A stretch of DNA of 60,387 nt, counting the filler, from Squatina squatina (lineage: Eukaryota): assembly GCA_031763465.1 (NCBI GenBank). It is 4 parts of 4 records of this genome, joined end to end, with 100 filler letters (N's around TTAATTAATTAA, not from the genome) between each part and the next. Parts side by side here need not be neighbours in the genome. Positions count along the whole stretch, not along the records: positions 47,469 to 60,387 come from JARFOE010000233.1; 3 more parts are not named here. One strand, 5' to 3'. The position numbers and the translations under genes were made by a program. Of the stretch, positions 50,577 to 60,387 are shown in pieces (positions within the stretch are counted from its first letter, which is position 1; each line of letters begins with the position of its first letter). The notes under the pieces are model-generated. The model made no database searches, was not told the origin of the DNA, and was given only the letters and a program-made list of their open reading frames with translations.

Positions 50577-51330
50577 GGCAGCAATGTGAGCAGCTGGTGT
50601 TGCATTACCCTCATCACCTTCTTCCTCCTCCTCCTCCTCGGAATCTACCGCAGATGATTTACATTCTGCGCCTTGCTCCTCCTGCAGGTTCAAACCTTGC
50701 TGTGTGCAGTGTTGTACAGAGTGCAGTGCACCACACCATTCTGGACACCCTGTCCCGGCACCTGAAGCACATCTTCAGCATGCCGATGGCTTGTTTGATC
50801 ACATATGATCATATGGCATTCATTGTAGCACTCTTGGGCTTCAGTGGTTGGGTTTCTGATGGGTGTTATCAGCCAAGTTTGAAGTGGGTATCCCTTGTCT
50901 CCTAGAAGCTACCCTTTAAGTGGGGAGCTTGGACTGCCATAAGATGAAAGCATCATGGCAGCTCTCTGGGAATTGTGTGCACACTTGCAGAAATATCTTA
51001 TTGTGATTTCACAACAGCTGCACATTGATGGAGTGGAAGCGCTTGCAAGTGACGAATACTCCTGGTTGATCTGGGGGTACCTGGATTGCCTTAGATTGTG
51101 TGCAGTTGATGATGCCCTGCACCTGTGGGGAGCCAGCCAAATGTACAAATCTGAGTGCCCACTCAGTCTGACTGGCATCATCGCAGGTGAAGTTGACATA
51201 ATTGCCAGCCTTGGAAAAGAACCACTAATCAGCAGTGTTATGCATTTGTGTACAGTTGACTGTATCATGACAGCAGGAAACGTGATGAGATGTAGAAAAT
51301 GACAATGAGTAAGGGCAAGTGGAGCCTTTG
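50577..51330 (-). mobile_element. PIF/Harbinger transposase remnant (third, older copy)
   Basis: Reverse-strand motifs [32 protein letters not shown] and CCTLHN, plus an acidic tail; multiple disablements. Confidence 0.85.
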
Positions 51331-54300
51331 TTCCTCTCCACATAGGTGTTCCCAATCTTTAACGAGGCAGGCCAAAGTGGATTGCAGATATAAGCCTTAA
51401 TTCAGGCCATTTGGGGTTTCAAATTCAATTTACCATTTGTCCCGAGTGATTGGCCAGCATTCCCTTCAGGTGGGCTGCACTGTATAAATGCAACAGATCC
51501 ATTTACTGTACCAGAGCAGAAATGGACAGCTCATGCTGTTGTTTTTCCAAACCAGCTGGGAATCACAGTCCATTGAATCAAGCCCATCCATAAAGTGTTA
51601 TTTGAATTCCCTGCTGGTTTTCAGGATCCTGGTAGATCACAGGATCTGCATCTGACAGTAATTTTATACAATTTGAACTATGGCCTGCTTTGGAAAAATG
51701 CCTTGTAAACAGGGCTAAAGAGTGAGTCTGGATCAATACCTCGGAACTGATTTTGATCTTCCATTAGGTGGGGGTAAATGTCAATAATGGATAAGCACTG
51801 AATCCAAGCTGCTTCAAATTATTTGGAGCAGTTCAAATTCAGCCCAGTTCATTTTTGATGTAGTTTAAGTTGCCTGTCATGCAAGTATAGAANNNNNNNN
51901 NNNNNNNNNNNNNNNNNNNNNNNNNNNNNNNNNNNNNNNNNNNNNNNNNNNNNNNNNNNNNNNNNNNNNNNNNNNNNNNNNNNNNNNNNNNNATTACAAG
52001 ATCAATGCCCGATCCCCTTGTTGCCACAGAGACTATTGAGAAATGAATATGAAGAACACTATAAATAAAAGATTAAAGATGATATGGCTCATAGAGTGTA
52101 AAATATTAAGGGTTGCAGAAGATCTGCTGCCAACTGTTCTGACCAAATTAACCCCCTCAGGGGTTGCACACTGTCCAAAGGGTGAGTCGGTGTTAAAACT
52201 GGAATCGGTTTGAATAATGCTATGGAATATTGATAATTAAAATATTAATGCAGTTATATAACATTCCGTTGTTCACAAGCTGAATGGAGGCATTAAGTTG
52301 TATTTTGATGGATTAATCCCTCTATTGGAGTTAAAGTTAGGGAAATTTTAGACAGATGTGTTAATGCAATTGCTGTTAATATCCCAGAATGCACTTCCAG
52401 CATTTAATTTGAAAATCAACTTATAATATGGCAGTGCCATTTCTTCTGGGCCAACATTCCCACCTGCTTGTCATGTAAATTTTTAAAGGTTCAGCTGTGA
52501 AGGTGCTGAATGGAAAATAGTGCAGCATTTATGCAGCCCTACCTCTCTGCGAGCCTGCGCTCTCAAAACATTTGAATCAACTCCGCCTCGGTCCAACCAT
52601 CTTCAGTTGCTTCATCAATGAACTTNNNNNNNNNNNNNNNNNNNNNNNNNNNNNNNNNNNNNNNNNNNNNNNNNNNNNNNNNNNNNNNNNNNNNNNNNNN
52701 NNNNNNNNNNNNNNNNNNNNNNNNNCTCGAAGGGCCGAATGGCCTACTCCTGCACCTATTTTTCTATGTTTCTATGTTTCTATACTCTATTGCACGACTC
52801 CAGATTAGGTTTCTTCATTCCTGCCTGGCACTTGCCTTGCTTTGATAAAGTCTGAGAAGTATTTAAGGTTCATTTTGAAGCTTGATGAAGGCCATAACAA
52901 TAATACCCCCATGCCATAAACAACTACATGCCATTAAGTACGGATATCTTTTTACGTTTAACCTGCCAGCTAAATTTTGTGCATCCCACATTAGGCTAAC
53001 TGCTAGCACAAGGCCAAAGCTTATTCAACTGAGCTGATCCTGCAAAATTAGCCACAATCAGCCCAGTTGGCTGTGGGCTAGTTTGGGCCAGATACAAAAT
53101 TGGTGCAATGCTCCTTGCTCCAGTGGAAATTTTGTCGCAAAGATAAGGAAATAGAAACTATCTATGATAACTCAGTGCCTTTAGAAGAGATGGGGAAAAA
53201 ATTTGGAGAGAGGACAATCATACATTTTGATATATGGAAAAGGAAACTGCACAGAAGACTATTTGTTCAAGTGGATGAATACATTACTACAAGGGATAGT
53301 ATTCCTTCTGGCAACTTCTGTCACAGCCACCAGGATAGCTTCATGGCCGAGGTGAAAAGCATTGCAAACAATGATGTCACTGTGCTTATTCAGACAACAG
53401 AAGAAGGCTTGATTGTTGGAATGGTGAATAGGTGTTTACAAGCAGGTCTGTGCATATTGAAATTGGCAGGTCATACAGCTCGGCACAGTGTGCTATTGAG
53501 CCTAAGGGTATACACGATTCCTGCATAAGTTAGATTGAGGCATTTCTTGAGAAATGAAGAGGAAGTCAAGGTGAGGAGTGTATCTGGGGAGAGTTATTTT
53601 CATGAAATGATGGCATACAAGGTTCAATTTAGACCACTCGAGTGGAAGCGTTTGCTGAAAAGCTATCTCTTCATTCTCTGACACCTATTAAAACTCTGTA
53701 AAAAACAAAATATTAAAATTGCTGTCATAACTTGATGTACAAGAGCTGTGTGAATTTCCCCAGTGCATTCCTGGCACAGAATAAGTTGATGAATTAGTTG
53801 CACAGAATTCTACTAGGTGGAATAGATATTTACATTTTAATATGGTCATGGCAATATTGTCAAAACTAGGAAATATCAGCCTGTAACATTGAATAGAAAC
53901 AGGGAAGATGATTAATATTGATACAAATGAAACAAAAAAAAGTTTCCTTTAATATTAGTATTTGAATTCACCACAATGTTGACATTTGTCTCCTCAGTTC
54001 TTCCAGGACTGTTTGTTTCTTTTGACATTGTTAGCTCGGGATAGATTTTGCATTAAATAAACCTTAATAAAAATTCAAACTGAAGCCTCAAATGATTGAA
54101 ACTGTGGTTTAATGCATTTTCTAATGAATTTGACTGGAGAGACTATAAACTCTGAATAATTCAAAGCATGATTAAAATGATCAAAGATTGAAGTGAGACT
54201 TGATACACCTTGTTATCTCATTTTATTTACTATTCAGAACTCTTCTAACTATTAGAAGAAAAGAATATCAATTTTCAGGCCTGTCATATCATGCAAGTGT

Positions 54301-54719
54301 TTAAATATTAATGAATGTCAAATTTGTCAACATTTATGTGTACCACATGGTCTGCAATATTTGTGCCCCTTATTAAAAATGTAAAGTTGTCATTGAATTT
54401 CCCAATATGATTCTCCAGTGACTAATTCAACTTGTTTTATTAATAAGTCTGTTCTGATGAGTAATATTAATTTAATATGCCTGCATGTGAGATTAAACCA
54501 TGAATTATTGCTGGTGAATTTGGTGAGCTTTGGCTGCTGTGGCATGAAGTCAAATTTAACCTTTTGCATGTATCTGGCTTAAAAGAGGCTTGTTGTTAAC
54601 AAGATGCCATTTTACAGTTTATTGGAGGTGTTAATCCAGACAGAAGGGTAACTGCAGGTCAGCTCCTGTCATGAGTTAAACTAATAAATTCATTGCAGGC
54701 AGTAGTGCAAAACAGACAA

Positions 54720-54865
54720 TAGTGAATCGGCAGCCTGTGTAGCACTCTAGCCCATTATTTTCCCGTTGACTTGAATGGGAAAGAGAATCAGACGGAGTGC
54801 AAAATGGGCTGCTGATTCGCTATCTGCGGCTTTATGCTACCATCCAAGATGAATTTATTGACCTC
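54720..54865. mobile_element. Short palindromic MITE, same family as 43520-43667
   Basis: gaatcggcagcc...ttcccgttgacttgaatgggaa...gggctgctgattc. Confidence 0.6.
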
Positions 54866-55527
54866 TAGAATTTAATGCAATCTAACAATAACCACAAGAA
54901 GAATGCCTATAGATTGAACTATCTACACTATAGATCGTTAATAATATGAAAATATATTTCATTTCTTTTTACAACCACATCCATAAGAGCTCAGGAGGGA
55001 AATCATACAACATCTTGAAGGATGTGATCACCAGAAGTCATATGTTTAGCATTGCCTCCAATAATGGCAAGACAAAAGAAATTTGCCTTATTAAAACTCT
55101 AAAAGGCCGTCAAAACCAGTCTGATGGGAGAAGGAGGAGGGAGATTGCTGTCAGACTCAAATATAATAAAATGACTATAACTTGGTAAGAAATGCACCTT
55201 ATTGCAATAACAAATGTTTTAAAATTTATATTAAATAATTTACACTTAAAATATTCCTTATTTTGCATTTCCCCTTGTGTTAAAACACTGGACCTGAAAT
55301 AGTAGTTGGAGGCTTCCCGCAGTTGATGCCTCGGACCCGCAAGCAAAATCCGTACTTATCTGATGGCCCCGGACCTTCGAAGAATTGTGTTCCTGCGCCT
55401 ACAGGCGTACGCCTGTGCAAAGGCCCANNNNNNNNNNNNNNNNNNNNNNNNNNNNNNNNNNNNNNNNNNNNNNNNNNNNNNNNNNNNNNNNNNNNNNNNN
55501 NNNNNNNNNNNNNNNNNNNNNNNNNNN

Positions 55528-55770
55528 AATCTGTTTTGGTGGTTTCGGTTGATGGATGAATGCTGGGCAGAACACTGAGAGAACTCTTTTTTTTAAAAAC
55601 ATGGTGCCTTGAGATACTTAATATCCACCAGAACAGGCAGGCTTGGATTAATTTCTTATCTGGAAGATGGCATCTCCAATAGTACCGCACTGCCTCAGTG
55701 CTGCACTGGGAGTGTCAGCCTAGATTCTGTGCCCAAATCTCTGGAGTGAGGCTTGTACCCATGACTTTTT
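55528..55770 (-). mobile_element. DeuSINE fragment
   Basis: Homologous to 8885-9313. Confidence 0.75.
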
Positions 55771-57649
55771 AACTTGTGTATTATTTCATCAGGGCCACAT
55801 GTTAGACAAATGTCATATTAAATGGGTTGGATATGCACTCTGAACTTATGTACAGTTCAGGATTTCCTGGTCTAGAAACACATGACCTCAATTAAACAAT
55901 TAAACAGTTTAGTGGAATGCATATGGATTAAGCTGGCATGTATACTGTATATCATCTCTACTCGTTTTCTTTTGTGGTAGTGTTAAATGAAGTTTAGGAG
56001 TCAGGAAATATTATTCCCTTTGTGGAAGCCGCTGGCTAAGACTGAGGTTGCCTAAATCTCAGACCTCGTTATAAGTGGTCTCAGACACCATCAATGTAGT
56101 GCACTGATTGCAGACCTGGAAGAGAGCATACTTGCAGGCTCATTCAGTCTCATTACTGAGGGTCTAATTACATCCATTATTGATGCTGTTTGTCATTGCA
56201 GGGTTGGAAGTGGGAGAACGAAAGATAGGCAATAGCCTCAGCTGCTTTGAGCCTGACTGATGACCAAACCATGGTACTTAGTGAGATTAAATCTACACTG
56301 CTGAGCATGTCATTTTAACTAGACAAAATGGAGATGATCCCAATTTCCTATCATTTCAGAGGCAACAGGGAACCAATTACAGTCAGACTGTGAGGCGTCA
56401 AAATTCTCACCAGGCCTCATCTCAGGCAGACAGCTGATAAAATGAAATAGAAAAGGCCAAGTAGAGAATTTTGTCTGTGCAAAACCTTAATTTATATTCC
56501 AGCCAGTTGAACAGGCTGTACTTTTTTTTGTATAAAGTAAAAGATTGGAGGCCTTTTTATCATTTGTGTGGGCTACATCAATCCTGTTACACCCACACAT
56601 CCTGTACCATCAAGGGCTGCTTTCACTTATTTCATTTCTCGAGAGAAAGTTCTACGCAAATACTGCCCGATCCCCAAAAGGTACTCAAATTAAGATTTGG
56701 AAAGAGCCACCCATCTTCACATCTCCAATGATCAACCCTGACCTACTGCCCCTTCCACAAAAACAAGCCCCACCGCACACGAGCTCTTGGGGTACAAATT
56801 CACCACGGCCGGCAGGGCAAAGCGCCCAATAGTAAATCAGTCTAGCACTCAGCCCGATTCTCTTTCCCACCGCTTCCGGTGTCTCCTGTGGCATAGTTGA
56901 TAATTTCTACCTGTGCCCCTTTTAGCCAAACAGGCTGTCTTTGAAGGAGTCAATTGACTCGGAATTAGCCACATCAAGGGGAAGAGGAAGAGGGGAGTGG
57001 GGGGAAAAAATAAATGAGATAGGAAAAGAATTTTGTTTGTTGGGCAATAGCCATGAGCCTCGATTTTAACTAAAGCCCTGCCTGGTGGAAACCAGGTGGA
57101 ACAGAGGTGTGGGGCAATTGAAATAGAGTGAGGGTCTTGCCCACTCTTTTTGTGCCCCGATCAGGCCGACTGCAGTTTTAAATTGCAGGTGACAAGGAAA
57201 GGTACCCCAAGCTGTGGGGGGAGATGTGAGCGAGCGGTGGTGGTGAAATCACCGGCATGTCAACAAGAAGCACAGACTTGGGGCCAAATTCACCCTCGCC
57301 TGGCGTGAGCTGCATGGCCGATTGTAGCAGCTCTCTTGCCGACGGCCTCCGGCTGCGATCCGCTCGCTCAGTCCCAATCAGCGATCCTGCTTGCTCTGTG
57401 CGGGTCAGTGCTGCACTGGGAAGCATCCTTACTCTATGCGGTGAAACTGTGCCTAACACTCCAGTGCGGTTGCCAACTGCCTCCGGCCCTTTGAACATGC
57501 GAGGAAGGATTAATGGTTGTGAGGTTATCACTGGAGTTTTTGTACCAGGAAATGTCTCGCACTGCATCACCGTGAAGTGCATTGAAAGCCGGAACAAACG
57601 GTGTCTAAAATGATTAGTAGATAAAGGTCGTATCAAACTGAGATAAAGA

Positions 57650-58017
57650 AATAAAGACTTTCATTTCCATAGCACCTGTCATGTCCCAAAGTGCTTTACA
57701 GCCAATTAAGTCCTTTTTGAAGTGATGTCACTGTTGTAATGTAGAAAACACGGCAGCCAATTTGCACACAGCAAGCTCCCACAAACAGCAATGTGATAAT
57801 GGCCAGGTTTTCTGTTTTAGTGATGTTGATTAAAAGGATATATATTGTCCAGGACATCGGGAAGAACTCCCTTACTCTTCATTTATGAAAATATTACGGT
57901 TGGATCTTTTGCGTCCATCTGAGAGAGCAGACGGGGCCTCAGATCAATGCCCCATCCAAAAGGTGGCAGCACCGACACTCCCAGTGCAGCGCTCCCTCAG
58001 CACCGCACTGGGAGTGG
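57650..58017 (-). mobile_element. DeuSINE (3' two-thirds)
   Basis: Homologous to 8885-9313 and 33325-33745. Confidence 0.85.
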
Positions 58018-58849
58018 NNNNNNNNNNNNNNNNNNNNNNNNNNNNNNNNNNNNNNNNNNNNNNNNNNNNNNNNNNNNNNNNNNNNNNNNNNNNNNNNNNN
58101 NNNNNNNNNNNNNNNNNCAGGGATCTTATAGATCCTACTTAGCACCCGCCTCATTCCAGCACTGATTAAGTGGGAAATACAGGGAATCTCAAAAGGTCAA
58201 ACCTATAATCAGCTACCCTGAGGGCTATGACATAGAAAACTTCTTAATCCAACTGAAGCTTATTTCACGCTTATAACAAGTTGTTGAAGAAGATTTGACG
58301 CAGAGAGAAAAAAATTGTAAACAGACCTAGAGATCAGATACTTTTAGTGGTCCGCGATCATGTATTGTAGTAACACACATTGCTTTTTAAAACTGTTTTC
58401 ATTTAAAACTACAAAAACAATGCTGCCAATTTTCTTTGCATTTCAAATATAATGCAGAAACTGTGCACAATAGATAAAGAGCTCTGTACTTCTGGGACCT
58501 GTACAGGCTGCACTATTAACCCACTGAGTATAGAATTTTATTAACAGCTTTCAAAATATGCATTTGATCTTTCATAAAACCTGTGAGAAATATAAATTGT
58601 AACGACGCTAAAATAATACTGCAGGTTCATAATAATCCCTTCTCAGCCTATTTGCAGAAATGTCACACTCAATAATGAAAATGATAAAATTAATACTTGA
58701 TGGTTATCATTGATGGGATTTTTTAATTCAACATGTTTGCAAACATTAATTTGCTGTATATTGTATGAAAAAAAAATTATTCCAGCAAAGCCCTGATATG
58801 GTTTCAGGGATGTTGGAAACAAAGCAGGATCAATTTAAGATAAGCATAA

Positions 58850-58965
58850 TTCTGATGAAAGGTCATCGACTTGAAGCATTATCTCTATTTGTCTCTCCAC
58901 AGATGCTGACTGACCTGTGGGGTGCTTTCCAGCATTTTCTGTTTTTATTTCCAATTTCCAGCATC
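58850..58965 (+). mobile_element. Penelope 3' tail with a mutated hammerhead motif
   Basis: tCTGATGAaaggtcatcgacttGAAGcatt...ctccacagatgctg; the GAAA box is altered to GAAG. Confidence 0.7.
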
Positions 58966-60387
58966 CGCAGTTTTGGTTTTNNNNNNNNNNNNNNNNNNNN
59001 NNNNNNNNNNNNNNNNNNNNNNNNNNNNNNNNNNNNNNNNNNNNNNNNNNNNNNNNNNNNNNNNNNNNNNNNNNNNNNNNGTATTTATCCACTGCTCACA
59101 CACTGTAAGAGATGAACTGTAAACTACACTTTGCTGTAAATGCCCTCACAAGCTTGTGATCCTTAAAATGTTCTATCGATCTCTGGAACTGATTTCTTGA
59201 GACATTGATTTTTCTTGCTCTCAGTCTATGGACTTACCATCTCAGTGTTTATTCAGACTAGTCTGTCTAAATTGCTTCTAGTGCAGTTGGTGCCAAAGGC
59301 CAATAGAGGCCAAAGTGCATGTGTATCTATCTATAAATCTGTGGTAGGGGTTTTTGTTTCCAAGTATTGTTTGTGAATGCTGTTTGTCTTGGGCTGAAAA
59401 GGATGCCTATTAGTGAACTGATACCAGGGCACAGAAGTAACCTTTCCGTATGCTATTTCACCCTGTAGCAACAACAGACACTATTCTTTCCTTGAATACT
59501 GACGATCTGTATGCCAGAGAAAGAAAAAAAAAATCGAGGCTGCACAATGTAAGCACTTGTTTCTCAGGCGCTGGTGCCTTACTAAAACATCTGTGGCGAT
59601 GGCCTTCGCATCAAAAACAAACAAAACCTATGCAACCTCTTTTCAACACACTGCAGCCTTGTACACTGTTCCACATAACTTTGTTAATCTGGAGGGAATA
59701 GGTGGTGTTTTATTTTGTTCTGTTAGAACACTATTCTTTTCACCCCAGGGACCTGGGTTTGAATTCATTGACGACTGATGGGGATGCGTGTTTATTTTCT
59801 GGCTATAAAAACCTTTTGTAAAATTTGTTTGGACAACTCAGTTCTCTGAGCATCCATTCATGGTATAAAATGGTACAGATTGCCATTTCCTCAAAAGATA
59901 GCTGGTGTGTGAAATTGTCATATTCACATTAATGAGGTTGGAAGTGTTCTTCTGAGGCAAGAGTTGATTGTGTTAAAAGGGCAGAGGAGAATTAACCTAA
60001 TCCTGTGTCTGGAGGCGATTACTGGCAATAATTGCTGGTGGAGCAATACTGAGGTCTGAAGAACTGGCACTATTTAAAGGGCTCTTGAATAATGGGGTAG
60101 TGCAACAAATTTCACAGTCTGTCATCTGTGAGGATCAGCATTTGAACCTAGCTTATACTGATTGGCTGTAAGGATCCTGTGTGAAATATGTCTGGATAGC
60201 TTAAACCCATAGGCCCACAGCACAGAACTGCTCCTAATTGGAATCAAAATTGACCATCTTGTTGGAAAGGATTGTGCAAGATGGTCAATGTGGGAAATGG
60301 ATAACTATTTCATGAGTGCACTGGGGAGTACTTTTCTGAAGTCCGAACAGAGCAAAAAGCTTTACTTAATATCTAACTCTGCTGTAC

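Noticed and set aside
53100-53528. 142-aa ORF
   Set aside because: Non-ATG start, no recognisable domain and no exon signals; probably a chance ORF or an ancient repeat.
57178-57636. Overlapping 152-aa and 118-aa ORFs
   Set aside because: They lie in a GC-rich TIR-type repeat and show no protein similarity I recognise.
59730-59990. Possible LF-SINE-like fossil
   Set aside because: The resemblance is too faint to support without a profile search.

Overview
Eukaryotic DNA, most likely from a cartilaginous fish (shark or ray), judged from its repeats: DeuSINE/SacSINE1-like, AmnSINE2-like, CR1, L2, Penelope and Harbinger. It comes from a very fragmented assembly of ~1-kb contigs joined by mostly 100-N gaps. 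Three artificial N44-TTAATTAATTAA-N44 linkers concatenate four separate scaffolds. There are no complete genes, and most long ORFs in the track are N-gap or repeat artefacts. Isolated spliced exons are recognisable for a MYL3-like myosin essential light chain, KLHL18, a D-serine dehydratase-like enzyme, SETD2 and UBE2E (two phase-compatible exons). The best leads are: a candidate 69-nt in-frame SETD2 cassette exon with downstream RBFOX sites; minimal hammerhead-ribozyme motifs in Penelope ends, one in a head-to-head palindrome; a near-perfect 62-nt hairpin flanked by a 6-bp direct repeat; and a CpG/CRE/CCAAT promoter with two candidate first exons. I see no convincing wholly new multi-gene system, and no prokaryotic features or CRISPR arrays.
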